From: Eledone cirrhosa
Taxonomy: Eukaryota
Assembly (NCBI GenBank): GCA_964016885.1
Contig: OZ024758.1
Coordinates: 7,564,001 to 7,628,000, forward strand
Direction: 5' to 3'
Length of the DNA stretch: 64,000 bases
A program made the position numbers and the translations under genes. Of this stretch, positions 51,600 through 64,000 are shown one piece after another (the first letter of the stretch is position 1; each line of letters starts with the position of its first letter). Below the pieces are notes generated by a model. The model was given only the letters and a program-made list of their open reading frames with translations. It was not told the DNA's origin and did no database searches.

Positions 51600-51685
51600 T
51601 TGGCAAAGTCTACATAAGCTAAATGGCCGTGGTAAAGGGCAGGTTTTTTCTCATTCCACGTTGTTATATTATATACAAATCTCAT
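51600..51685 (-). CDS. HS2ST1: HS2ST1 internal coding exon containing the catalytic YHGH motif
   Basis: 86-nt exon, acceptor cttcttgtag, donor gtaagt. Translates MRFVYNITTWNEKKPALYHGHLAYVDFA+AA. Phase 0 with the upstream exon and phase 2 with the downstream exon (AA+G=Lys). Confidence 0.95.
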
Positions 51686-51922
51686 CTACAAGAAGGAAAG
51701 AAAGAAGAGAAAGTTAATAAAATAAACATATAGTAAATTGCTTTTAGGGACTTCCAGCATATGGCAGAGACATACAAAATGGAATAGATATGTGTGTGAA
51801 AATACATAATATTTCAATACTGGATCCTGAAGAAATATTGCAAGAAAGAAAGGTGATACTAAATTAAGGTGTCTAAAGACAAAGCTTTTCCCCAATCCTT
51901 CTACAATTCCCTTCCTGCAGAC

Positions 51923-52125
51923 ACTTCTTCTTCATCCACTTATTTCTGAGAGGTTCGTGGAGGCAGCAGAGTCCTGAATTACTCCTTCCAGTCAGTCCTG
52001 TCAGAAGCAACCATCTCCAATTGATCCAGCTCTATCCCCAAGCAAGACCAGCCAAGCCCATTGATGTTATCCAACCATCCTTGCTGGGTGTCCTGCCAGT
52101 TGGTTTTGCCCATAAAGTCTATCCA
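51923..52125 (-). mobile_element. RTE-like LINE 3' fragment with an (AAG)n tail
   Basis: GWLDNINGLGWSCLGIELDQLEMVASDRTDW resembles the RTE C-terminal W.D.I...A.DR..W. Confidence 0.6.
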
Positions 52126-53394
52126 GCAACCCCCCCCCCCCCCCCGAGACATTCTAACCACATATCCGTATTATCAGATCTGTGATCTCTCAATTCGAAG
52201 AAATAACGACTCTACCTGGAGCGACCCTGATCGCCAAGCTATGCACTCTATCGAGTAGTGTTACTCCAAAGATCCTTCGGAAGAACTCCATTTTGACTGC
52301 TTGTATTCTTGCTTTATTCCTAGACACGCTGCATCAAATCTTTCGAGACCCTGCATAGTTTATGAACTTTCCCCTTCTTCCCTTGACTTTATTAAAAAAA
52401 ATACCATCAACCCTTTTGATACAAAACTGCCTGAAATCTGGTTTTATGATACAAAACTGTTTATGTTAACCTTTTCATTACCAACCCAAACAAAACTGGT
52501 TTTGGTCTTATGAAACAAAACCACACATTTTAAAGGGTCCCTATTTAAATTAAAATCTTCCAGCATAATTCAAGTAATGAAATAATTAATAATTTTAGTA
52601 TATCCCTGAAAATTTTTTATTAGAAATATGGTGACGGAGGAGCTACACAAACATTCTATAAATCATCATCATCATCATCATCATCATTTAACGTCCATCT
52701 TCCACACTAGCATGGGTTGGATGGATTTGTCCCACTTGAGGCAAGATTGGTCAGGTGACTGTGTCTTGCTCGTACAGAACTGTTTCTAGAGGTTTTCCTA
52801 CTAAAATGTTTAGATTGTAAGCCTTCATCATTAACTCAACAATATATCTGTAGAATGCCACAACAGAACCCATTACCAAATCTTATTTGTTCATGCTAAT
52901 AGGTCTATAAAGTTACATGTTTACATTACATCTTGTTTTTCTAACCAGCCAACACTTTAATAAAGGTCCACTGACATGCAATAGTTGGTTAACCCTTTAG
53001 ATTTCTGATGAAAGATTACTACCTATCTATCACTTTCAAATCATTTTGAAAGTAATCAGAAATTTAGAAGGATTTTGTAATATGACATTCTCATTATCAA
53101 CTTGGTGTTTGGAGAATAACTTAATAATGGTTCTTACATAAAACTATGAAAGAAGGGTTTTACATAAATGTAAACACTTAAAAAGAAATCGATATCTAAC
53201 ATAGAACCAGAGTATGTTGCAGGCAGGCTGGTTTTAAAAAAAATAAAAAAGAGAGAAAACGGGTAAATTTCGAAGATGAAAATGAAACACTGTAAGGCTT
53301 CAGCATATATCTTTAGACACACACACACACATATATATATATATCTTCAGGTTTAGACACACATATATATATATACATATATATCTTCAGGTTT

Positions 53395-53425
<31 letters not shown>

Positions 53426-53554
53426 ATATATATATATGAAACAAAGAAGGTGAGGTTAGATACCAGGTGGACGATAACCTACCAGAGTACTCAATACTTG
53501 GGGTAGTAGAGTGGATAATAGTTAGGACACACATATATATATATATCTTCCACA

Positions 53555-54325
53555 CTCTACAGACCACCCGTCCCTCACTCTAGTCACACTCACCACACTC
53601 TCTACAGACCACCAGTCCCTCACTCTAGTCACACTCACCACACTCGACAGACCACCCGTCCCTCACTCTAGTCACACTCACCACACTCTCTACAGACCAC
53701 CAGTCCCTCACTCTAGTCACACTCACCACACTCTCTATAGACCACCAGTCCCTCACTCTAGTCACACTCACCACACTCTCTATAGACTACCAGTCCCTCA
53801 CTCTAGTCACACTCACCACACTCTCTATAGACTACCAGTCCCTCACTCTAGTCACATTCACCACACTCTCTACAGACCACCAGTCCCTCACTCTAGTCAC
53901 ACTCACCACACTCTCTACAGACCACCAGTCCCTCACTCTAGTCACACTCACCACACTCTCTACAGACCACCAGTCCCTCACTCTAGTCACACTCACCACA
54001 CTCTCTACAGACCACCAGTCCCTCACTCTAGTCACACTCACCACACTCTCTATAGACCACCAGTCCCTCACTCTAGTCACACTCACCACACTCTCTATAG
54101 ACCACCAGTCCCTCACTCTAGTCACACTCACCACACTCTCTATAGACTACCAGTCCCTCACTCTAGTCACACTCACCACACTCTCTACAGACCACCAGTC
54201 CCTCACTCTAGTCACACTCACCACACTCTCTATAGACCACCAGTCCCTCACTCTAGTCACACTCACCACACTATCTACAGACTACCAGTCCCTCACTAGT
54301 CACACCCACCATACTATCTACAGAC
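53555..54325. repeat. 45-bp minisatellite (~17 copies)
   Basis: Unit CAGTCCCTCACTCTAGTCACACTCACCACACTCTCTACAGACCAC. Confidence 0.95.
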
Positions 54326-56233
54326 TCTACAGAAATCTCCACACCTTCCCGACATTCTTGCCACACGTGTACCCCTGCCTTCATCTCACCATTCTCATTT
54401 CCCTTCTATTTAGTCTCCTGCACAGACCATATGTTCACTATTCTTCTGTTCAGTATCTCTCCAACTTTCCCTCATCTCCTTGTATAGTCCCTATATACTA
54501 TATCCAAAACAACATGTACCAGTCCCCACAAGGAACATCAAGGACTTGGCCATCATAAATGGACTAAACTCATCCTTTGTTTCGATCAGGTTCCACACCT
54601 TTGGTTTGGGCAAGAGACCACCAACATGAGGTACTTCAGACTGTACCCTTCCCATATGTTGTTATATTCACCAAGAGCTTCTTTCCGAGGCAATGTTTTA
54701 TGACCAGACACCCTTCCCAGTCCCTTTTAGTTGTTTCTTATGACATACAGAGATATGGTGTACTTATTCTAAACCTGATACACATTGTCTAATTTAGTTA
54801 CAGATGTATTACTATATTTATAAAAGGGGCCAATACTTTTGGTATAAAATTCTCTTTCTCTATAAAGACTAAGCTCCATTCCTTAATTGTTTATCTAAAT
54901 CCATTTTACTTCTTTCTAACTAAATTTGACAGTCCTTCAACAGCATCAAATGTAAAATAAATACTTATTATAAATAAATAAATACAAAATATAAACAACT
55001 GGTGAATGTCAGAAATATGAATTAGTTTTATAAATACAAAAATCATTCTGTCCTATCATTATTTTTTTTATATCTAAGACATAAGTAAATATGATATGAA
55101 AGGAACATTGAAATGTTCCATGGAGTCAGCCCCTTCCTTATGAAACACCAGAGTTTATTGATTTAAAATACAGAACTGGTGGAATACTGAAGGGAAATTT
55201 TGGCTGGTATCAAAACTCATCAATTCATCCCTAACTACCCATTTCCCCTTGTTTTCAAAGTACATGTATAGAGAACAGATAGGGGATAATATCATTTATC
55301 CCTCCTCCTACCAAAAACTATGTTGAGGAAGTGTGAGGGGGAGATATGAGGGGGCATGCACAAGGTTATGTTGAAAGATGCAACAGATGTAGAGTAGTAT
55401 AAATAAAATAAAGCATCTGTTTTTATCACCAAGCCAATTAGTCTATATCAAAAGACTGAAGAAGGGAGAGGGGTTGGTATCAGTTTACAATGAAATGGAG
55501 AGGATGGGGGGGGGGGGTTAAAGGGAAGGAAATAAATAAATAAAAAATATATTTAAAGAAAAACAGTAAAAATATGGTAAATGTGTGTGAGAGAGAGATA
55601 GATAGACAGAGAGAGAGAGAGAAGGGGAGGGAGGGAGAGAAAAAGGGGGAGAGAGAGAAGGGGAGGGAGAGAAAAAGGGGGAGAGAGGGGGGGAATAATA
55701 TGAAAATATTAGCAAATAACAAAATGGGGATGGGAGGTGAAGGACGTTTCCTAGTTTCCTAAAAGGCACAAGGCTGTTGAATGAATTTGTAACCAAAAAC
55801 TCTGAAAAGGGTTGCAAAAACAGAGCTTTTGGAATCAAAGAATTATGGCAGAACTATTTTCAACTGCCTGATTTATATCGAGTTCTATGTAGAGCAGTGA
55901 AAAGTAATTCAAAGAAGGAATTGAAAGTATTGAAAATGAAGGAATGGAAAAGATGTCACTTGAGTTTAAAAATGTTTAGAATGATAAAAAGAAGTTCATT
56001 GACCTCATTCACTTAATGAGTGGGGTGGACCTTGCTAAATTGGACCAAGGTAACAATGTTTCCATTGGTCTTTCCATTGCTGATATTAATCTACTGGTTG
56101 CAACTCCTAGCAGAAAGAACAACATGAAGTAAAGTGTCTTGCTCGAGGACAAAAGGCATTGCCCAGTCCGATTGCAAACACAATTCTCTAACCACTGAGC
56201 CTTCATTATGATACAAGCTTACAAAGTTTAGGC

Positions 56234-56523
56234 CAGGCATGGGCAACCTTTTTCGAGAAGCGGGCCACATGAGATATGGCTCATCATCAGGAGGGCCACA
56301 AGTGCTAATTTACATTTGTGCCCACATTAAAAAAAGAGCAGTGACTCAGGTTGTTTTGATTTGTTTCTTCAGAATTCGTAGATGTTGTTTTCCCTGATCT
56401 TAAAAATGATAGAAAGATAAATTACAACTGAAAATTTGGGGTAAAAAAATCAACAAGATTTCACTTAGGTGACTTAGGCGAGCCATTCATAAAGCTTCGC
56501 GGGCTGCAGGATGCCCATGATTG
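56234..56523. mobile_element. hAT-type MITE with an 8-bp TSD
   Basis: TIRs CAGGCATGGGCAACCT / AGGATGCCCATGATTG. TSD GTTTAGGC at 56226-56233 and 56524-56531. Confidence 0.85.
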
Positions 56524-57694
56524 GTTTAGGCTATTGGTTAAATTGTGTGCTTGACAATGTTTACAATGACACAACCATATAAAGTATAGGCTGTTAGTTA
56601 AATTGTATGCTTGAAACAGGTGAAGCAGCACAAACTAACTTCACAACTGGCAAAAGAAAGGACATGTTTTCTTGGTTGGTAGACTTAATCTGTTGCCCAG
56701 TTTAACACCACACCACCACCACTACCACTACTACCACCACCGCTACCACTACTATCACCACCACCATCACCACTACTACTACCACCACCACTACTACCAC
56801 CACCTAGTTCTTTAGTGCCATTAGCAGAATCCATTTTTGAGCAAGAATTGAGGCCAGGTCTCTAGTTTGAGAATAACTTCCTCCCACCAGTAAAAGAAAC
56901 CCTGAAAAAGTGTTTATGACTGCTTCCCACCCTCCTCTGACTTAACCATAAAAATATCACTTAATGGAACTGGAAGATAAAAACTGTATTCATTATACAT
57001 AACAAGACTGTTACATTGAGCACATGATGAAACAATTTTCAAATACGGAACATTTTATGAACCGAAAAGCAGAAAATTTAACAGCTAATATAAAATTTAA
57101 CAGCTAATATAATTTGTATCACTAGCAGACTTATAACATGGTAATTCCTCGGCTACAAATCTTTCATTACCAAATTTCTAATGAAAGGCACTGCTTATGA
57201 ATTTCAAATAACTAAAATTACTCAAGGATTTTTAGGGATTTAGTAATAAAATCAACTTTCTCATAACTAAAACAGTGCTGGGAACATAACAAAGGATCTT
57301 GCATGAAATTATGATGGAAGGTTTTTACATAAATATAAAAACTTTAAAGATAAACAACTTTGTAAAGTATCAGTAATGCACTGGGGTCGATTTGACCCCA
57401 CCCCCTCCCCTCCCACACACAACAAAAACAAAACAAACAAACAATTGTTGGCCTTGTGCCTAAGTCAGAAACCATTATTATTTATTCAACTTCAAAACAT
57501 TGCAAGTTAAATAAGCAATTTGTTATCTTTCTGGAAAATAATTTAAGTTTAGATTGCTGAAGCAGATTATTATTTTTCTTAATCTACTTCAGTCAGTGTA
57601 TATTACAACTTCAGTTGGAGGTATTTATTCTAAGAAGAAGGAGGCAACAAGCTTCGGTTAATGTTCAATAACATATTCCCACTCTGTATGCATA

Positions 57695-57993
57695 TACAGT
57701 GGAACCTAGAAAGCTTCTCATCACAAACAAATTGGTTCATGAACAATTTTTCTGAACATAAAACGTCTTGGTTGATGAATGGTGTCTTGAGTAATGAACA
57801 CGCAAGCTGGCAACAACGGTTGGTGACAAGCTAGGAGTATTGGCAGGAAAGTGTGACTTCCTGTGTAGTTAGTTACTATAATGATATCTGTCTTTCACTG
57901 TATTTTTTCTCAACATTTTGTATGGGAATAATAGGTTCGGTTTACGAACAGCCTCCAAGAAGGAATTAAGTTCATAAACTGAGGTTCCACTGC
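57695..57993. mobile_element. pogo/Tigger-like MITE
   Basis: CAGTGGAACCT ... AGGTTCCACTG. The interior is the reverse complement of 5157-5515. Confidence 0.72.
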
Positions 57994-58504
57994 ATATGGA
58001 TTATAGGAGTGGGGTGGGGTAAATTTCAGAATAACACACCTGCTGCCATTATGTTGAAGATTGTAATCTTTGATAACATATAAAAGGTAAATTATTCAAC
58101 AGTATCAGCTAAAACACTAAATTGAGATTTAGTCGGTTATATTTTATGAGGTAACTTTTCTAAATCATATAAAACAGTGATGTATTATAGGAGAAACTGT
58201 TGGAAGGTGAGAGAGAGTGGGGGGGGGGGGGGGGAGAAGGATGGCGAGAAGGAAGGTGGAGAGATGGGGGAGGAGGAGAAGAAGAAGAAGAAGAAGGGAA
58301 AGAAGAAGGGCAAGAAGAATAAGAAGGGGAAGAAGAAGAAGAAGAAGAAGAAGAAGAAGAAGAAGAAGGTGGTGGATGAAGAGCAAGACAAACAGATGCG
58401 AGAAATAAAAAATGAAATAGGGGTTTGAAGAAAAAAAAGAAAAGAGTGGGAAAGGTGATGGATAGAAAAGGAATGATGGGATGAGTGACTAATGCTAATT
58501 ATTT

Positions 58505-58762
58505 ATAGAGTCAGGTGTGTATATATATATAGAGTGAGGTGTGTATAGAGTCAGGTCTGTATATATAGAGTGAGGTGTGCATGTATAGAGTCTGATGTGT
58601 ATGTATAGAGTGAGGTGTGTATATATAGAGTGAGATCTGTATAGAGTGAGGTGTGTATATATAGAGTCAGGTGTATATATATAGAGTCAGGTGTATATAT
58701 ATATAGAGTCAGATCTGTATGTATATAGAGTCAGGTGTATATATAGTCAGAGCTGTATGTAT
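58505..58762. repeat. Degenerate ~20-bp minisatellite (TATAGAGT(G/C)AGGTGTGTA)
   Basis: Direct inspection. Confidence 0.85.
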
Positions 58763-59104
58763 AAGTTTCTCAAACTTTGAATTATCCTCATAAACAATTG
58801 ACTATGTCTCAGGAGAGAGACCATAGAAAAATAGCAAACTAGTCTTAACCCCGTTAAATGCTTTTGTTCCAATAATACAAAGAATTTTAAATTTTAACAA
58901 TTTGTCTAAGTTTTAGGAAGAACATTCTTAAAATTCCCGAACTGACAGCTAAAATATACATTGTGTATAATATAACTTGTTATATCTACTCAACATATAT
59001 TCCAACAGTGTGATAACTAAAATATACATTCTGTATAATATCATTGTTATATCTGATCATATATTCCAACACTGCGTGATAACTAAAATATACATTCTGT
59101 ATAA

Positions 59105-59462
59105 TCATCATCATCATTTTATGCCCGCTTTTCCCTGCTTGCAAGGGTGGGACGGAACTGATTCTGGCTTGATTTCTACAGCTGGATGCCCTTCCTAACA
59201 CCAACCTTTTTTTCCGTGGTGCCTACATGTCCACTTTACAGTGTGGGCTGGGTGCTTTTTTCCGTGGCACCTCCATGACCACTTTGCAGTGGAATGATAG
59301 GCACCCCAGTCCCTATCATCTCATTTCTACAGCTGAGGAAACTGGAGCAATGTGAAATAAAGTGTCTTGCTCAAGGAAACAACACATCACCCGGTCTGAG
59401 AATTGAACTCACAACCTTTCGATTGCAAGGCCAATGCTCTAACCACTAAGCCATGTGCCTCC
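59105..59462 (-). mobile_element. Full-length SINE family B, inserted in a ~65-bp tandem repeat (58943-59104, resuming 59463-59550)
   Basis: Reverse complement of 22545-22880. Confidence 0.86.
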
Positions 59463-60126
59463 ATAATATCACTTGTTATATCTACTCAACATATATTCCA
59501 GCACTGAGTGACAGCTAAAATATACACTGTGTGTAATATAACTCGCTATATCAGCTAATTTTTTAATTGTATTCAATATTATAGAAAATTTATGAAGTTG
59601 AATGATTAATTGGCTTTTTCTAGTTTTCATGTATGTTTTGGAATTAAAAAAAAACAACATTTTAATGAGATTTTAGTACAGTGATACCAATCCAAGCTAC
59701 CATTTTCAGTCATCATCATCATCATCATGATTGATGTTTTAACATCCATTTTCTGTTAGCAAGTGTTGGATAGGTTTACACAGACCAAGTCAGTAATGTA
59801 GCAGGTCTACTGAACTCTCAGACAAAGCCAGGGATCTGTATCTCACTTATGTTTGGTCTCATGTTCTACCAAGTGCACAGGAGAGGGGTTGTTATGTCTT
59901 TGATACAACTGAAGGGGCCTCCCAACCCTTTGTTTGGCAAGATTTCTATTTCATAGTTGGATGCCCTTCCTATCACCAACCACTTTACAGTGTGTACTGG
60001 GCCCATTCTATTCTATTCCATATAAGTGAATATGTTTGTTATCAGAGCAAGACATCGTCATCTGACCTCGACTTGCCTCAAACAGAACAACCTAATGTAT
60101 GCTAGCATATAAAATGGACGTTAAAC

Positions 60127-60243
<117 letters not shown>

Positions 60244-61359
60244 CGCATGCGTGTATCTGTATGTGTGCATATTTATATACAGAACAAGTTTTGGCTGGGT
60301 TGGTAACAAAATAGTTAAATGAGTGACAGCAAAATATATAGAAATAAAATATTGTAAAGAGTAAAGTAACAGCAACAACAGCAACAACAACAGAAAAGTT
60401 CCAGGTGTTTGGTTTTTGTTGTGACAATTACAAGTAACAGATGTAATCAATATTTAGATTAAGATTTGTCTGAGTTTAAAGATGTATGATTTAGACATAA
60501 ACTAATATAACTGGTGGATAGTTAACCAGACAATAAATATTCATTTATATTTAGAATCAAAGAATCCAGAGTGATACTGGGTTGGAATGACTGGGTGGGG
60601 TGCCTGGGTGGAGAGACACTATTGGGTTGATGAAAAGAGGTGAGTTAGATGTGTTGGGTGTAATAAAGCAAAGAAGTACGCAGCTTGCTAGTTCGCAGGT
60701 CCAGAGTTCAATGTTATATCAGTAGAATAAACAACACATCTGTCAGCTTATGGTTGTAGCATGTTGCTATGTGAGTCTTGAACCTCTGACCTCCAGTTTC
60801 CAGTGCTCTACTGATGCATTTTATTGTGGCACCAATGCTAGGGAAGTTGTCATGTCATTGGCATAGTTGGAGAGTCTCCCAATTCTTTTCTATGACTGGG
60901 TGTCCTTACTGTAAAGTGTTGGATACCCAACACTTTACAGAGTTTACAATACATGTTAGAAATATTCTTTTAACTTTCAAGTGATGGAAAAATATATTTA
61001 AAAGTAGGATTTGAACAGAGGGAGGGGTGAAACGAAACATAAAAATAGATTCTATTGTTTTATCTAAAGAACAACAAAAGTATTTCAATCACGTAGGTCA
61101 GTTAAGGAGAAACACATTGTTCGTTTTGTTTTGAACTGTTTCACCTCAACATTTGAAAAGAGGGGATTAACCCCGAAATATCATGTTGAAATATCCTGGG
61201 TAAAACATTAATTTCTTTTGTTTTATTTGTAATCATTTGCCTTTTGTATTTTTCTACAGCATTGTAATAGCTTTTTGAAAATTACTGGTGTTTTATTACA
61301 ACAAAAGTTGTTTGTTGATGCAATTAAATCAATAAAATAAATAATAAAATGATACATAC

Positions 61360-61530
61360 TTGATCAGAGAGCGACAATGTGTGAGAATTCCTTGATATAT
61401 TAAGATGTAATACATTGAACTTGTTAGGTGAGCACAAGTCATATGCGATCCCAGCAAGTGATGTACTCCCAGTTTTGGGAACCCGGTTGTAAATAACAAG
61501 GAAATCATCATCTGCAGGAGTCAGTTGGTC
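61360..61530 (-). CDS. HS2ST1: Heparan sulfate 2-O-sulfotransferase 1, internal coding exon with the 5'-PSB PAPS-binding loop
   Basis: Manual translation: DQLTPADDDFLVIYNRVPKTGSTSLAGIAYDLCSPNKFNVLHLNISRNSHTLSLSDQ (57 codons, 171 nt). Acceptor tttctatctctttcag, donor gtatgt. YNRVPKTGSTS matches the HS2ST 5'-phosphosulfate-binding motif. Confidence 0.95.
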
Positions 61531-61836
61531 CTGAAAGAGATAGAAATAAATAATCAGATATTTTCTAGAGAAATATGTTTCAAATTTTCTGTTATGGCTG
61601 TAGTATCATATTTTCATATTTTGGTTTATGTAAAATGTATGTATGCCAACATACATCCCTGAAGTGTCATTGGATTCAATTTAAAAAGTTTAAATTCTCT
61701 ACAGTTAGCATTGATAATATTAACACAACATAGGAAAGCACAATTGAAGGAATATAATTGATTCTAAAGTTGATAAAGTTATCAACGTGTATAAAAGTAA
61801 ACTCAATCTTCTACTATATATATAATAACGACACTA

Positions 61837-61867
<31 letters not shown>

Positions 61868-62477
61868 AGACTACGTTGGTATGGTCACGTGATGCGCATG
61901 AAAGACGACAGCTGTATAAAAAAGTGCAGGGCGATAAAAATAGACAGTAGCCACGGAGTAGGCAGACCCAGAAAAACCTGGGACGACTTGATAAATTCCG
62001 ACCTCACACACTTACACCTCTCCAAGACAATGTCACTGGACTGTGATCTTTGGCGCTACACAGTCATACAGAAGACCCGCCTTGCCTAAGTACAAAGCGA
62101 AACCTACAGTCAGTAGGCACCTCTAACAAAATACACCCCCATCCCACTACCCCCACCCCATCCACACCACCCCTTTAAATGTGAAGTTTTGTTGGTACCA
62201 CAACATCCAGGCCGAAACAAATGAGATCGTGTAGGTGTCACGACAAAAAAACACACAGTCCACGCTGTAATGTGGCCGTGTAGGCAACACGGTAAAAAAC
62301 TCCCAGTCCACACTGTAAACGTGGTTGGTGTTAGGAAGGGCATCCAGCCGTAGAAAACCCGCCAGACAGTCCTATGCGAGCAGGACAACAAATCTTGCCT
62401 CAAGTGGGAAAACTCCCGTCCAAACCCATGCTAGCGTGGAATATGGACGTTAAACGATGATGATGATGATGATGATA
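61868..62477 (+). mobile_element. 5'-truncated RTE LINE, same family as 47668-48897
   Basis: RLRWYGHVMRMKDDSCIKKCRAIKIDSSHGVGRPRKTW, collinear 3' UTR, (ATG)n tail, (TA)n at the 5' junction. Confidence 0.92.
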
Positions 62478-62479
62478 TA

Positions 62480-62646
62480 TACTTTATATCATCTCTATTC
62501 ATTTTATTATATATATTTCGAAGATGTAAAATTTTATGTATAACATTAAGCAAAACATGTCCTCTTCAGACAAAATACATACGAGATGTATAATTTTTTC
62601 ATGATATGCTGGTAGCCAACGAGCTGGATAGATCGGTGACCACCAA

Positions 62647-62650
<4 letters not shown>
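62480..62650 (-). mobile_element. Hammerhead-like element related to the 39700-39879 palindrome
   Basis: Minus strand ATTTTGT-CTGAAGA-GGACATG...CATCTTC-GAAA-TATA-TA-TAATAAAATG. Confidence 0.58.
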
Positions 62651-62702
<52 letters not shown>

Positions 62703-63216
62703 CAAATTTGGACGTTAACAAAACAGAGAGGCAGACAAATAAAGGTTTATTAGGTTCACGCTCTTGATATATATATATCATCGTTGTTTTAACATCCCCT
62801 TTCCCTGCAAGCAAGACAGGATCACCTGACCCAACTTGCCTCAAATAGGACAACCCGTCTAACTCATGTCAACGTGGAAAATGGACGTTAAACGATGATG
62901 ATGAAATTGATAACAATGTCAGCCATCTTTGTTTATAGTTGCCTGAACAGAAACTATGCAGGTATACATTGTACATATGTACAATGTATACCAAATGCAC
63001 AGTTGGAAACCAATGGTAGCGATGCATATGTGTTGAGGACATTAACCATAATATATACATATATATATACTGGTATCTACCTGTGGTAGGGCCAATAACA
63101 TTGTTAGAACTCCATGCAGTCTTGAAGAGATGGTTTCAATGAGATCGTGTAGTGAGAGCTATAGTTTTTGTTGTACACTTTCATTGCATAAAATTCTAAT
63201 CGAGCTTCAGAGTCAT

Positions 63217-63328
63217 AAATCCCGCCGAGGTTAACTTTGCCTTTCATCCTTACGGGGTCGATAAAATAAAGTACCAGTAATGCACTGGGATAATTGTTGG
63301 CCTTGTGCCAAAAAGTAGAAACAATTAT
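63217..63328 (+). mobile_element. 5'-truncated SINE family A
   Basis: Core plus 3' end. Confidence 0.8.
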
Positions 63329-63624
63329 TTATAACACATGATATCTGTCAAAATACTTTCTAGAATATTCCACAACTAAAATATTGTAAATATTTAACAC
63401 TAAAGAACTACCGGCCTCAACACTAAAGAATTATCGGCCTCAACTATAATAATTCTCTTTCATGTTTTCTATAATCACTACCAAACTAAATTATGATGGC
63501 TTTGTTCTAGCTATCAAAATATCTATCTATCTATCTATCAAAATATCTATCTTCAGACTTCCATTGAGATTCCTGCTTTGTTGTTGTCCTAAGGTAGATG
63601 CATTGGTAAATATATATAAATAAA

Positions 63625-63875
63625 TAGATAAGTAGATAGATATGTTTCTTTTTATAGACAGATAAGAAGGCAGATAGATAGATATATAGACAGATAGACG
63701 AACAGATAGATAGAGAAATAAACAGATATATATATAGATGAACAAACAGATAGACAGATAGACAATCATACAAATAGATAGATAGAGAAATAAGCAGTCA
63801 GATAGATAGATAGATAGATAGTCAGATGAACAGACAAACATATAGAAAGAGAAATAGACAGATGAACAGACAGAT
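63625..63875. repeat. (GATA/GACA)n degenerate microsatellite
   Basis: Direct inspection. Confidence 0.9.
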
Positions 63876-64000
63876 ATTTAACATTTATGAAAAGCAACAG
63901 ACTGAAAAGAAGTACCTTCCTCAACTATATTTTCTATGAAGAGGTAGGAAGGGGAGATAAATAATAAAGAAAACTGAACAAAAAACTAACTGTAAAGAAT

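Overview
AT-rich, microsatellite-laden animal genomic DNA. The repeat landscape (RTE LINEs with (ATG)n tails, tRNA-derived SINEs, long (TA)n/(CA)n tracts) points to an octopod cephalopod, which is an inference. The window lies inside one minus-strand gene, heparan sulfate 2-O-sulfotransferase (HS2ST1). Three phase-compatible coding exons are visible (61360-61530, 51600-51685, 20474-20612). They are separated by introns of 9.7 kb and 31 kb, and I found no further exon in the 20 kb below the last one. The rest is intronic repeat: RTE and CRE LINE fragments, two tRNA-SINE families, mariner/pogo, piggyBac-like and hAT MITEs, and minisatellites. Nearly all ORFs in the track are simple-repeat artefacts. 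The most striking unannotated signal is a set of small elements in (TA)n tracts that carry type-I hammerhead-ribozyme folds and often form fold-back palindromes, as expected for Penelope-like terminal repeats. One is a complete 38-nt minimal hammerhead with a compensatory U3-A8 core pair, lying on the HS2ST1 sense strand. Also notable are a ~45-kb-spaced inverted duplication apparently captured through a MITE, a PHD finger inside an RTE reverse transcriptase, a possible HDV-like ribozyme remnant, and three independent 48-bp minisatellites born from the same SINE segment.
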